Shown piece by piece: positions 27,385-37,839 of a stretch of 64,000 nt of DNA (position 1 is its first letter; the number at the start of each line of letters is the position of its first letter). Below the pieces are notes generated by a model. That model saw only the letters and a list, made by a program, of their open reading frames with translations, was not told where the DNA came from and ran no database searches. The DNA lies in assembly GCA_028707495.1 (NCBI GenBank), contig JAQWAS010000006.1, forward strand, positions 664-64,663, in the 5' to 3' direction. The DNA is from Patescibacteria group bacterium. GTDB lineage: Bacteria > Patescibacteriota > Patescibacteriia > UBA2591 > JAQWAS01. The translations under genes were made by a program, and so were the position numbers.

Positions 27385-28254
27385 ATGAATAAAAAAATTA
27401 CCAAAGCGGTTATACCCGTGGCCGGTTTCGGTACGCGATTTTTTCCAGCTACCAAAGCTCAGCCCAAACAAATGTTGCCAATTTTAGATAAACCAGTTAT
27501 TCAATATATTGTTGAGGAAATGGTAGAGTCTGGAATTAAACAAATTATTTTAGTAACCGGTGCTGATAAAAGAGCCATTGAAGATCATTTTGATTATAAT
27601 GATGCTTTGGCTCTTCATCTAGAAAAACAGGGCAAAAAAGATGTTTTAGAGCAAATGGAAAAAATTTCAAACATGGCTGACTTTATTTATGTGCGCCAAA
27701 AGGGTCCCTACGGTAATGGCACACCATTATTAAACGTTCAAGAAATAATCGGCGATGAACCTTTTATCTGTGCTTTTGGCGATGATGTTTTTATGGGAGA
27801 AAAACCAGCTGTTCAGCAAATAATCGAAGTATATAATCAATATGGTGGAAGTGTTATTGGATCTTTTAGAGTTGATCAAAATAAAGTTAATCAATATGGG
27901 GTTTTGGATGTTGAAAAAAAAGAAGATAAAATTTATCAAATAAAAGATATTGTTGAAAAACCATTAGTTAAGGATGCTCCCTCTAATTTAGTTGTAACTG
28001 GTCGGTATTTATTTACTCCAGATATTTTTAAAGCATTAAAAGAGATTCAACTTGATGGGGGAAAAGAATTGTGCGTTTCAGATGCAATTGATATTTTATT
28101 GGGCCAAAATAAGCCCTTTTATGCTCGAGAAATTGATGGAACATATTATGATTGTGGCAATAAGTTTGAATTTTTAAAGGCCATCGTGGATGTTGGTTTG
28201 CAACGGCCAGAATTTAAAAAAGATTTAATTGATTATCTAAAAGCTAAAATATAA
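27385..28254 (+). CDS. galU: UTP-glucose-1-phosphate uridylyltransferase
   Basis: KAVIPVAGFGTRFFPATKAQPK, VEKP, YDCG. Confidence 0.92.
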   Translation: MNKKITKAVIPVAGFGTRFFPATKAQPKQMLPILDKPVIQYIVEEMVESGIKQIILVTGADKRAIEDHFDYNDALALHLEKQGKKDVLEQMEKISNMADFIYVRQKGPYGNGTPLLNVQEIIGDEPFICAFGDDVFMGEKPAVQQIIEVYNQYGGSVIGSFRVDQNKVNQYGVLDVEKKEDKIYQIKDIVEKPLVKDAPSNLVVTGRYLFTPDIFKALKEIQLDGGKELCVSDAIDILLGQNKPFYAREIDGTYYDCGNKFEFLKAIVDVGLQRPEFKKDLIDYLKAKI

Positions 28255-28263
28255 TCTATAAGT

Positions 28264-29634
28264 ATGATTAAAAAACATTGGAGTAAAATTTTAGTTATTT
28301 TATTATTAATCGTTATTATGACGGGTGGATTTAGATGCAAGACAACTTCGCAAGAAGTCAGAGAGGCGATGAAGCCGGTTAAATTAATTTATTGGGGAGT
28401 TTGGGACACGCCCGAAGCCATCAATTTTTTAATTAATGATTATCGAGTTTTACATCCGCATGTTTCAATCGAATATAGAAAATTAAGAAACGAAGAATAT
28501 GAACAAGCCTTAAAAGAAGCTTGGTTAGATGAACGTGGTCCGGATATTTTTGCCATTCCAATTACCTGGTTAGAAGAATATAAACATCGATTATTGCCCT
28601 TACCAGATAAAATTACGATGCCATACGTTCAATTGGTTGGACCGTCGTGTAAACGTGAAGAAGAAGTTGTTTTAAAAACTCAAGCTAGTTTAAATTTAGG
28701 TGATATTCGCCAAAAATTTGTTGGCACAATTTATGATGATGTGGTTGAGGGCGAGCAGATTTATGGATTACCATTAAGCTTAGATAGCTTAGTTTTATAT
28801 TATAATCGTGATTTGTTGAATACAGCTGGTATCCCTCAACCACCAACTAATTGGACAGAATTTAAAAATCAAGTTCAAAAATTAACTTTTCAAGATGAAA
28901 AGGGCAATATTGTTCAGGCTGGGGTGGCCTTGGGTACGGCTAATAACGTCAGAAACGCGACAGATATTTTATCCCTATTAATGATGCAAAATGGAACACC
29001 GATGATTCAAGGCAGAAAGGCGACTTTTAATTTACCCTCAACTCAACGAGAAGGCTATTATCCTGGAGAAGAAGCTTTACGTTTTTATACAGATTTTGCC
29101 AATCCAGCTAAGGAAGTTTATACTTGGAATAGTCAAATGCCAGATTCTTTAGACGCTTTTATTGAAGGTCGCGTAGCTTTCTATTTTGGTTATTCGTATG
29201 ATTTGGCGACTATTCAATCTCGAGCACCTAAGTTGAATTTTAGTATCACTACCATGCCTCAAATTAAAGATAGCTTGCAAAGCGTGAACAGCGCTAATTA
29301 TTGGATTCAAACGGTTTATTGGAAAACGGAACATGCCAATGAGGCTTGGGATTTTATTCAATTTATGGCGACGAATGAAGATTCGATTAAAAAGTATTTA
29401 GATGTTGATCATCGTCCAACGGCTTTGAATAGTTTATATAATCAACAAATTGAGGACTATGATTTGCGACCATTTGTAAAACAAATTTTAACTGCCCAAA
29501 CTTGGTATAACGGTCAAAATTATCCAGTAGTTGAAGAGGCTTTTAAAGAAATGATTAATAAAGTTTTACGTGGTGAGGCGACGATTAAACAAGCAATTCT
29601 ATATGGAGTAGGGGCAGTAAATTTAACATTTTAG
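28264..29634 (+). CDS. Extracellular solute-binding protein (family 1), lipoprotein-like
   Basis: GPDIF, YGLPLSLDSLVLYYNRDL, PPTNW; N-terminal hydrophobic segment followed by Cys. Confidence 0.85.
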   Translation: MIKKHWSKILVILLLIVIMTGGFRCKTTSQEVREAMKPVKLIYWGVWDTPEAINFLINDYRVLHPHVSIEYRKLRNEEYEQALKEAWLDERGPDIFAIPITWLEEYKHRLLPLPDKITMPYVQLVGPSCKREEEVVLKTQASLNLGDIRQKFVGTIYDDVVEGEQIYGLPLSLDSLVLYYNRDLLNTAGIPQPPTNWTEFKNQVQKLTFQDEKGNIVQAGVALGTANNVRNATDILSLLMMQNGTPMIQGRKATFNLPSTQREGYYPGEEALRFYTDFANPAKEVYTWNSQMPDSLDAFIEGRVAFYFGYSYDLATIQSRAPKLNFSITTMPQIKDSLQSVNSANYWIQTVYWKTEHANEAWDFIQFMATNEDSIKKYLDVDHRPTALNSLYNQQIEDYDLRPFVKQILTAQTWYNGQNYPVVEEAFKEMINKVLRGEATIKQAILYGVGAVNLTF

Positions 29635-29664
29635 AAAATTCAAAATAAAAAATTAAGAGATAAG

Positions 29665-30402
29665 ATGATATCTAAAAATTATAAAATCATAATTTCAATT
29701 CTATTGTTGTCGTTATTTTTTTTACCACAAGTTTCTCAAGCTAAATTATTGCCAACACCAACCGGCAGTTGTCCAAATAATTTAAGTTGTGTTGACGGCA
29801 AATGCAGTGGTACTACCTTAGAATGTAATTACACTCTAGATGATATTTTAAGAGGCTTTGTAGATTTTAGTGAGTGGTTATTAAAAATTTTAGGAACCAT
29901 TGCTCTGCTAATGTTTGTAGTTGGTGGGGCAATGTATTTAACGTCTGGTGGCAATGAAGAAAAAGTCAAACAAGGTACGGCTATTTTAAAGGGAACAATT
30001 ACGGGTATTATAATTGCTTTATTGGCTTGGACAATTGTGCATTTTGTTTTAGTAATTTTAAATGTAGACCCCAAATATCAAGCCGGTCTAACTGGAGCTG
30101 GGGTAAGTGATGCTTGCGGAACCACACCGGCAACATCTGGTTACGATTGTATGGAATTGACTTCATGTAACCTACCTAGTGATTTAGATTATTGTCGGAT
30201 TGATAATCAATGCTATCGAGGAATGTGTATGAGTAATTCGAGTCAGACGGTTGTGTGTTGTAAGCCGTTATCAACTTGTGGGAGCGGTAGTCGTCAATAT
30301 TGTTTTTGCCGAGAAAATTGTTTGGGCACGGATGAACATTTGTCGAGCAATGATAGTGATTGTAATTCTGGTCAGTGTTGTTGTTTAAATTATCTTCCAT
30401 AA
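29665..30402 (+). CDS. VirB2/TrbC-like pilin with Cys-rich extensions
   Basis: GGAMYLTSGGNEEKVKQG..GIIIALLAW core; many Cys N- and C-terminally. Confidence 0.75.
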   Translation: MISKNYKIIISILLLSLFFLPQVSQAKLLPTPTGSCPNNLSCVDGKCSGTTLECNYTLDDILRGFVDFSEWLLKILGTIALLMFVVGGAMYLTSGGNEEKVKQGTAILKGTITGIIIALLAWTIVHFVLVILNVDPKYQAGLTGAGVSDACGTTPATSGYDCMELTSCNLPSDLDYCRIDNQCYRGMCMSNSSQTVVCCKPLSTCGSGSRQYCFCRENCLGTDEHLSSNDSDCNSGQCCCLNYLP

Positions 30403-30415
30403 TAAATAAAAATAT

Positions 30416-30790
30416 ATGACATATAAAAAAATTATCATTGGTATTATATTAAGTCTGTCATTTTTTAATTTTTTAATTATACCAATTTTAGCACAAACGA
30501 ATGCTTCGCCAAGTACAGTATCAATATCTAATCCAATTCCAGAAAATGATCCTAAAATTTTAGTTGGTAAAATCATTAAGGCCTTTTTGGGATTTTTGGG
30601 CACAATTGCTTTGGTAATGGTTATTTACGGTGGCTTTATGTGGATGACGTCAGCCGGTAATGAAACTAAAATTGAAAAGGGTAAAAATACTTTATTGTGG
30701 GCAGTCATTGGTTTGGCGACAATATTTTTAAGTTATACTATTCTAACAATGGTTTTTAATGCTCTAGAAGGAAAACCGATTTTTGGTTAA
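30416..30790 (+). CDS. VirB2/TrbC-like pilin
   Basis: YGGFMWMTSAGNETKIEKGKNTLLWAVIGL. Confidence 0.8.
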   Translation: MTYKKIIIGIILSLSFFNFLIIPILAQTNASPSTVSISNPIPENDPKILVGKIIKAFLGFLGTIALVMVIYGGFMWMTSAGNETKIEKGKNTLLWAVIGLATIFLSYTILTMVFNALEGKPIFG

Positions 30791-30865
30791 AGATCGGCTT
30801 GTTGTGGATAGTTTTTTTGTGGTATAATAATTTAATAGTGATAATAATTAATAATATCTTTTAAA

Positions 30866-30983
30866 AATTTGTCTAGATTAAGGTTATAAATTAGAATCCG
30901 TTTGGGGAGGTTTAATGTTAATCAACATTGCCCACCTGAGGCGGACTAATAATTTGTAACTAAATCAAAGATTTAGACAAATT
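30866..30983 (+). ncRNA. Long leader hairpin upstream of a pilin gene
   Basis: AATTTGTCTAGA/TTTAGACAAATT, GGTTATAAATT/AATTTGTAACT and TCCGTTT/AGGCGGA nested stems; TGGTATAAT promoter at 30820-30828; SD AAAGGGGGTGA. Confidence 0.5.
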
Positions 30984-31003
30984 ATTAGAAAGGGGGTGAA
31001 AAT

Positions 31004-31381
31004 ATGAAAATTACAAAAAAACATTTATTAGCTGGTGTCTTTTCTGTTTTTGCGATAAGTATGTTAGTTGTGCCAGCAGTTTTGGCACAGAATATGCCAA
31101 ATTTGCCTAATAGTCAATATGCAATTAGTAATTTAGAGAATCAACAAGATATTATGAATAGAATAGAAGGTATAATTAATTCTATTTTAGCCTTCTTGGG
31201 ATTTATAGCCGTTATTATTATGTTAATTGGTGGTTTTTTGTGGATGACAGCTGCTGGTAATGAAGAAAAAGTAGAAAAAGCCAAAAAAACTATTGGTGCG
31301 GGCGTAATTGGTTTAGCTATTATTTTATTATCTTGGATTATAGTCAGAATCGTTTGGTTAATTTTGATAAATCAATGGTAA
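31004..31381 (+). CDS. VirB2/TrbC-like pilin (candidate major subunit)
   Basis: GGFLWMTAAGNEEKVEKAKK; own promoter and very strong SD. Confidence 0.8.
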   Translation: MKITKKHLLAGVFSVFAISMLVVPAVLAQNMPNLPNSQYAISNLENQQDIMNRIEGIINSILAFLGFIAVIIMLIGGFLWMTAAGNEEKVEKAKKTIGAGVIGLAIILLSWIIVRIVWLILINQW

Positions 31382-31392
31382 AAGAATATTAA

Positions 31393-31803
31393 ATGAAAAT
31401 CGAATTTAAAAAAATATTAATTATAATATTTATTCTATTGATTTTACCAATCACAGTTTTGGCTGATAATTATGGACTTGATGTAACAGCGAACGTGGCT
31501 GGTTTAAAAAATGCAGATATAGATGTTATGGCCAGAACAGAAGAGATCATAAATGCTATTTTGGGTTTTTTAGGCTTTATAATGGTATGTTTAATAATAT
31601 ATAGTGGTTTTATGTGGATGACTTCGACTGGTAATGAAGAAAAAATTACTAAAGCTAAAAATACATTGAAAGCGTCTATTATCGGTTTTGCTATTATTAT
31701 GCTAGCCTGGGTAATAATTACGGTTGTTTGGGGTGTCTTAGTCGGCGAACCAATTTTTAGTGGAGGTACGGGTGTGACCGGTGGAATAAATGTACCTCAC
31801 TAA
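31393..31803 (+). CDS. VirB2/TrbC-like pilin
   Basis: SGFMWMTSTGNEEKITKAKNTL. Confidence 0.8.
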   Translation: MKIEFKKILIIIFILLILPITVLADNYGLDVTANVAGLKNADIDVMARTEEIINAILGFLGFIMVCLIIYSGFMWMTSTGNEEKITKAKNTLKASIIGFAIIMLAWVIITVVWGVLVGEPIFSGGTGVTGGINVPH

Positions 31804-31865
31804 AAAGTAATTAGTATAAAAAAAATAACAGATTGAATTTAATCTGTTATTTTTTTATTTAAAAA

Positions 31866-32588
31866 TTATTGGATTTGGATTTTTAATCTTATAGTTTCTT
31901 TTAAATATTGTAAAATGGTTTTTAGTAAATTGACTCGACTATGACGAATCTTTTTATCAGCGTTATCAGACCATTCAACAGAGATTTCTTGTATTTTATA
32001 ATTAAGTTTTATAGACCGGATTAATAGTTCCGAGTCAAAGAACCATGAATCGTTTTTTACGTTTGGTAAAATATTTTTGATAATTTCATAATCGAAAGCT
32101 TTAAAGCCACAGGGATAATCGTTAATTTTAAGACCAAAAACCCAATTTATTATTATAGTATTTATTTTCGACAACAAAGTTCTTAACTGTGACCTATCTA
32201 TTTTTGACGCAGTTAAATATCTAGAGCCAATAGTTATATTAGCCTTTTGTAAGATTATAGGTTCTATCAAATTTTTTAAATAAGACAAATCGGTTGCCAG
32301 GTCTGCGTCCATAAAACAATTGATACTGGCTGGATATTTATTCCAGGCAGTTCTGATAGCTAGTCCCTTGCCTTTATTGTTTGTATATGTGTATTTTATG
32401 TTTAAGTATTTTTTTTCTAAAATTTGAGAAATTTGACCGGTTTTGTCTGACGAATTATTGTCAGCAATTATTATTTGATAGTCATGAGAATATAAATTTT
32501 TCTGACAGAAATCTAATATTTTCAAAATATTCTGTTCTAAAATTTTTTCTTCATTATAAACAGGGACGACAATGGAAATTTTTTTCAT
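31866..32588 (-). CDS. GT2 polyprenol-phosphate glycosyltransferase (DPM1/ALG5-like)
   Basis: SIVVPVYNE, DNNSSD, GKG, MDADL, GSRY, CGFKAF, WFFDSE. Confidence 0.88.
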   Translation of the reverse strand: MKKISIVVPVYNEEKILEQNILKILDFCQKNLYSHDYQIIIADNNSSDKTGQISQILEKKYLNIKYTYTNNKGKGLAIRTAWNKYPASINCFMDADLATDLSYLKNLIEPIILQKANITIGSRYLTASKIDRSQLRTLLSKINTIIINWVFGLKINDYPCGFKAFDYEIIKNILPNVKNDSWFFDSELLIRSIKLNYKIQEISVEWSDNADKKIRHSRVNLLKTILQYLKETIRLKIQIQ

Positions 32589-32600
32589 TTATTTTTTAAT

Positions 32601-34112
32601 TTAATTTTTTTTTGGGGTAAAAAGGTAATAATTGTGACAAGATGGACAGTCGCCGCCTATTTTTTCTTTCAATAAATAGTTATTTTTAATTAATTTAATA
32701 GTTGAATAATTGAATCTTCCCAAGATTCCATTTATTATTTTACTGTCGTCAAATATATTAGTTTCTAAGATAATAAGATTTAATTTTTGATCAACAATTT
32801 GATTATTGAAGTCATCTAATTTTTTAATATTTGATCTGTCGAGCTGAGAAAGCATAAAAATATCTATAGGGGTGCCTTTATTTGTTAATAAAGATAGTGT
32901 TGCGTTTTCACTGAAAATAGGTGCATTAACTTGATCTATTCTTTTTAAAGTTTCCAAATTAATATGTTTTAAATAATTTAAAAAAACATGACTATTTTTA
33001 TAAAGATTTACAGGAATGCAAATAAGATCAAAAATTAAAATAGTTGATATAATGACTACGAAAATATTTTTATAATTGCTATATGTTACAAATTTAATTG
33101 TATCGTCAATAAATAAAGATGCACAGATTGAGAGAAAAATTATTATTTCAATAAAATAATTAGTATTAGATCCAAGTCTAACTAACGTTATAAATGTTAA
33201 AAAAAGGGATATAATGGCATAGATAATTAACAAGTAGAAAGATTTTTTATTTTTAAATAAGTTAATAAACAAAAAAGTTCCTCCAAATAGATAAATTAAC
33301 AGGTCAATTAAGGCAGATTCGTGTATTCTAAATAAAACCATAGATAAATCCATAACAGAACCAGACGTTAAATATTTAAAAATGTGCAATGTAAATTGGT
33401 TTTGGGTAAGTAGATTTAAAACAACAATACCCGATAAAAGGGAAATAAAAAATATCGAGGTGAACTTAATTAGTTTTTTATATTCCTTGTTAATAAATAA
33501 ATATATTATAAAAGCGACCGGAGCGGATATAAATGAGTGTTTAGTAAAAAAAGCTAAAACAAAAAATATTATTGATAGATATAACCAGTTTGATTTTTGA
33601 TATCTCAATATGAGATAAAAACCTATTAAACTAAAAAGGACTGCCAGCGGATCAACCCTAACGAGTGATAACCAGACTAGAATAGTTTGCGATGAGTAAA
33701 TTAAAAGAGCGGCAACAAGGGATGTGGTTTTTTTATTCGATAAAATGAATGTAATTTTATAAGCCAAGAAAACTATTAAAATTGAAATAATAAAGGAAAA
33801 GGTTCTGCCAGCTAAAAAATTTACTCCGAAAATTTTGACGAGTAAAGATAAAATAAAGATATGAATCGGTGGATAGTTAGTAGGTACGAAGAGAGGATCA
33901 TCTAATTTGCCGTATATGGTTGTATCGAGATCAAAATTGGTAGCTTGATATAATTCTAAGCCTTCAGCATAGTCTAGCTGGTATGGATATAAAATTTGTT
34001 TTATAGATATAAAAACAAAAAAGCCAAAATTTATCAGTAAAATAAAAATAATTACATATTTTATTTTTTCTGCAATGGGTTGGTCTAAAAATTTTTTAAT
34101 AATTCTCTGCAT
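32601..34112 (-). CDS. GT-C superfamily (PMT/ArnT-like) membrane glycosyltransferase
   Basis: DYAEG, NYPP, GR, RVD, FTKH; many TMs. Confidence 0.7.
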   Translation of the reverse strand: MQRIIKKFLDQPIAEKIKYVIIFILLINFGFFVFISIKQILYPYQLDYAEGLELYQATNFDLDTTIYGKLDDPLFVPTNYPPIHIFILSLLVKIFGVNFLAGRTFSFIISILIVFLAYKITFILSNKKTTSLVAALLIYSSQTILVWLSLVRVDPLAVLFSLIGFYLILRYQKSNWLYLSIIFFVLAFFTKHSFISAPVAFIIYLFINKEYKKLIKFTSIFFISLLSGIVVLNLLTQNQFTLHIFKYLTSGSVMDLSMVLFRIHESALIDLLIYLFGGTFLFINLFKNKKSFYLLIIYAIISLFLTFITLVRLGSNTNYFIEIIIFLSICASLFIDDTIKFVTYSNYKNIFVVIISTILIFDLICIPVNLYKNSHVFLNYLKHINLETLKRIDQVNAPIFSENATLSLLTNKGTPIDIFMLSQLDRSNIKKLDDFNNQIVDQKLNLIILETNIFDDSKIINGILGRFNYSTIKLIKNNYLLKEKIGGDCPSCHNYYLFTPKKN

Positions 34113-35757
34113 TTTTTATTTTGTAGATTTTAACTTCTAAGTCTTCATAGGCAAGTATAAATTTAGCATTATTATTTAAAACCTTATCGAGCTCTATGTG
34201 ACGATTTTTTTCTAAAAAGATATAAGAAGAATTAAAATTGTTTTTTATAATTTCAGACAGATTGTAATCATTGATATCTAATTTTTTATTATTTTTAAAA
34301 TTTTTTTTATAGTCAGTATTAATAGGTGGATTGCCCCACACAAGATTTTCCCATTGCCAATATAGATTTTTATCATAGTTATACATAAATGTTGGGTCTA
34401 AACCAACTAAATAATTATTTTGATCGTTGTGATAAAAGAGGGCGGGAAATTCGTCCCAGCAACTGTGGAAGATGGTTGATTTTAAAGGGGTGTTGTCTTT
34501 AAGCCATTGGCTACTGTATTTAAATTTATTTAAGTCAAAACCATTGGTAATATTTTTTTGAGTATCGATAATAACTCTAACTAAGCCAAAATAAACAAAA
34601 AACCCCATGCCGATAATCAAATAAATAGTTATTATAGATAAAATAAAACGTTGTGGTCCTAAAAAGCTATGCTTAATTTTTTGTATGATCGATTTATAAT
34701 TGACGGTTGGCCAAAAATTATTTAAAGAGTAGCCAATGGCGAGAATAGTAAGGGGTACAAAATATTCTACATAGCGACCAGATTTTAGTGTTGCCAAACA
34801 AAAAATAATCGATAAAAATAACAAACTAAAAACTTTTTTAGATTTATTTCTTTGATTAGAGGACCAGATGAAAGAAAAAATCCATAGAATCATTATAATA
34901 ATTAGTACATAAAGTAATGATAAGCCATTATATGGATACCACTCCATACCGACTGAAATTTTATTGCCATAATTTAAAATACCTATTTTAAAAATTTGTT
35001 GCCAATAAAAATTTATATTTTGTGGAAAATATGGATTAATTATTATTCCCAAAATCGATCCGGATAAGGTTGATAGGATTAATTTAATTTTTTGTTTTGC
35101 AAATAAGTTTTTAAAAGTTTCTGATAAAAATTTATTATAATCTTTGTAATTTGCTGATAACGAGATTATAAGACAATATATAATAGTTATAAAAGGTAAA
35201 AGTATCCAGCCGCCATAACTCCAAACATAAATAAAAGATAAACATAAAAGACTCCATGGCCTATTTTTAAATAGACAATAAATACCTATAAACAAAATTA
35301 TCATTGATAGGGGTTGGGCTTTTGCTAAGCTCATGCGATATAACCAGGGAGAGGCAGTTAATAAAAGGCCAAGATATAACCAAGTTGGTTTTATTTTTAG
35401 TTTTTTTAGTAACCAATAAAAAGTCAAAACAGTTAAAGTTGATAAGATGATTACGGAAAATTTTATACCGATTAGTGGGTCAGGGAAGAGAGTAATAAAG
35501 GGGATTAAAATAATATGATAAAGTAAATGATGATCTACATATTTTTCACCCGTCACAACCGTATACTGTAACCATGGGAAATTTTTTATAATTCCCTGGT
35601 CTTTCATTAAAAGAGCCATTTTGGTGTGATAAAATGAATCGGGGTCGGTTAAAGTCGGTGAAATTTGAAAATAAGAAAAAATAGTTACACTAAAAAGTAT
35701 GACTAGTAGGATTGGCAATAACTTATTTTTATAAAAAATATTTTTAATTGAAAGCAT
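34096..35757 (-). CDS. GT-C-like polytopic membrane protein
   Basis: DPDSFYH, INPYFP, EW, WDEF..DPTF; many TMs. Confidence 0.6.
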   Translation of the reverse strand: MLSIKNIFYKNKLLPILLVILFSVTIFSYFQISPTLTDPDSFYHTKMALLMKDQGIIKNFPWLQYTVVTGEKYVDHHLLYHIILIPFITLFPDPLIGIKFSVIILSTLTVLTFYWLLKKLKIKPTWLYLGLLLTASPWLYRMSLAKAQPLSMIILFIGIYCLFKNRPWSLLCLSFIYVWSYGGWILLPFITIIYCLIISLSANYKDYNKFLSETFKNLFAKQKIKLILSTLSGSILGIIINPYFPQNINFYWQQIFKIGILNYGNKISVGMEWYPYNGLSLLYVLIIIMILWIFSFIWSSNQRNKSKKVFSLLFLSIIFCLATLKSGRYVEYFVPLTILAIGYSLNNFWPTVNYKSIIQKIKHSFLGPQRFILSIITIYLIIGMGFFVYFGLVRVIIDTQKNITNGFDLNKFKYSSQWLKDNTPLKSTIFHSCWDEFPALFYHNDQNNYLVGLDPTFMYNYDKNLYWQWENLVWGNPPINTDYKKNFKNNKKLDINDYNLSEIIKNNFNSSYIFLEKNRHIELDKVLNNNAKFILAYEDLEVKIYKIKNAENY

Positions 35758-35944
35758 AAAGAATACTATTTCTATAGTTTAGTCTTGGTAAATAAAAATT
35801 GTTTTCTCCAAGCATGGGAGAGAAAATAATTAATATAATAAAAATCAGTTTAATTGTTACTGGCTGGTACTATTATGTCGAAAGTTTGTTTTCTTATAAG
35901 TCTGGGGGTCTATAATCTTGGTAATAATTGGAAATATTTTAAAT

Positions 35945-36553
35945 TTAATTTATTACCCTTAAATTGCCTGAGTCTTCTTTTAAGATTTTTTTGTAGCGTG
36001 GATTTTTTTTGAGTGCTGGAGTGTTTTCATGTTCAACAACATAATAAGCAAAGCCTTGCATTTTTTTGACTAATTCATAATTTGCATGCCCTGGAAATTT
36101 AATTGGGTCTTTTTCTTCGAAATTAACTGGGCTGTCGTCAACAGTAGCAAAATATGTTTGGCCAGTATTGGCAAGAAGGTGGCCATATCCAGGTGGCATA
36201 TAAATTTTTTGTCCTGGTTTTGTAATAATCGCTTTAAACTCTTCTACTACGTCAGCGATCATTTCTCCTTTTTTATTGGTAGCTAATTTTTGGAGGAGGG
36301 CGACACCTTCTCCAAAAATAATTTCATAATTTTCATCCAATTGTCCAACATGGTAGTGCCCATAAGTTTTAATGTATTCTCCTGAGATTGTGCCGGGTTC
36401 CCAAATGGTGATATTTTTTTGATCAGATCCTCCACGGATCATATAATAATGAATGATGGGACCTTTTCCTTTGGGGTCCATTAAAACCTCTTGCATTTTT
36501 TCATGTGTTCGCGCGGCGTAGTGTTTGGCGACATTAAGAAAATTGATATTCAT
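35945..36553 (-). CDS. Cupin-type (archaeal-like) glucose-6-phosphate isomerase
   Basis: EYIKTYGHYH, E.Y, G.ALLQ, PPGYGH..AN. Confidence 0.75.
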   Translation of the reverse strand: MNINFLNVAKHYAARTHEKMQEVLMDPKGKGPIIHYYMIRGGSDQKNITIWEPGTISGEYIKTYGHYHVGQLDENYEIIFGEGVALLQKLATNKKGEMIADVVEEFKAIITKPGQKIYMPPGYGHLLANTGQTYFATVDDSPVNFEEKDPIKFPGHANYELVKKMQGFAYYVVEHENTPALKKNPRYKKILKEDSGNLRVIN

Positions 36554-36857
36554 ATTTTTAATCAATTAAAGTTTTATATTTTTTGAGCAATGTCTTAAAA
36601 TTATTTTTATAGAATTTAACGAGTTTATTATTTCAATTTAAAAATAAAAAAAGCCATGTGCTGGCGATTAATTTTTCTAATAAATTTTAAATTGTCGAGT
36701 TGATTTTTCATTTTTATTTTCGCATATTTATTATTTAATGTTATCATATGGCTAATTTTTTGTCCAATAAAATTATTTGTTTAAAATTCCAAAAATTTGC
36801 TAACTGAGTTTTATTTTGCTACAATATGTATGATTATAAATCAAATAAATTTATTTT

Positions 36858-37577
36858 ATGTCAGGACACTCAAAATGGCACTCAATCAAGCATAAAAAGG
36901 GTGCAGCCGATGCTAAGCGGTCGGCGTTATTTACTAAATTAGCTCATACGGTGACGATTGCTGCTCGTCAAGGTGGCGGAGATATTGATATGAATCCCAA
37001 GTTAAGTTTGGCCGTAGAAAAAGCTAAGCAAGCCAATATGCCTAAAGACAATATTGATCGGGCTATTAAACGCGGGACGGGTGATGGTAGTGGTAATCAG
37101 GTTGAAGAAGTTTTGTACGAAATTTTTGGCCCAGGTGGCGTTGGTATTTTAGTTCAGGCGTTGACTAATAATAAAAATCGGACCGTATCTAATTTAAAAC
37201 ATATTTTAAGTAAGTATAATTCAACGTTAGCTGCTCAAAATAGTGTTCAGTGGATGTTTGAATTAAAAGGCGTAATTCGGTTAGCCGAGACAGAAATTAA
37301 AGATAGAGATGATTTAGAAATGAATTTAATTGAACAGGGAATTTTGGATATTATGAGCGAAGAAAATTATTTAGTTATTTATACTAAAATGGAGGATTTG
37401 CAAAAAATTGAAGCTTGGCTTAAAAATAATAGTTATCAAGTTGAATATGCTGAGATTGAATGGATTGCTAAAGAACTTATTGAAGTTGACGTAAACATAG
37501 AAGAAAAACTAAATAGATTATTAGAAAATTTAGACGAAGACGAAGATATTAGTGATTATTATACTAATGTGAAATAA
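36858..37577 (+). CDS. yebC: YebC/PmpR family protein
   Basis: MSGHSKWHSIKHKKG; upstream of ruvC. Confidence 0.95.
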   Translation: MSGHSKWHSIKHKKGAADAKRSALFTKLAHTVTIAARQGGGDIDMNPKLSLAVEKAKQANMPKDNIDRAIKRGTGDGSGNQVEEVLYEIFGPGGVGILVQALTNNKNRTVSNLKHILSKYNSTLAAQNSVQWMFELKGVIRLAETEIKDRDDLEMNLIEQGILDIMSEENYLVIYTKMEDLQKIEAWLKNNSYQVEYAEIEWIAKELIEVDVNIEEKLNRLLENLDEDEDISDYYTNVK

Positions 37578-37714
37578 TGATTAGGTTATAGGTGAGAGGT
37601 GGTAGGTTATTTTTATTATCATTTATGTCCATCAGCTGGCGCATAGATTCCTGTAGCGTCTAGAGTTAATCATATCTAAACGTTGATTTAAGAATAGATA
37701 CTTTAAAACGCTTT

Positions 37715-37812
37715 CCCCTCCTTACGAAGGAGGGGATAAAAGGGGTGGTTCTGTTTAAAACTTAGAATCAGAATCAACCACCCTCTGACCCTCTCCTTAA
37801 AAAGGAGGGGAG
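37715..37812. repeat. Second palindrome type (CCCCTCCTT..AAGGAGGGG pair)
   Basis: CCCCTCCTTACGAAGGAGGGG..GGGTGGTT / AACCACCC..CTCTCCTTAAAAAGGAGGGG. Confidence 0.75.
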
Positions 37813-37839
37813 AATTAAATAAAGTAATTAAATATAAAA

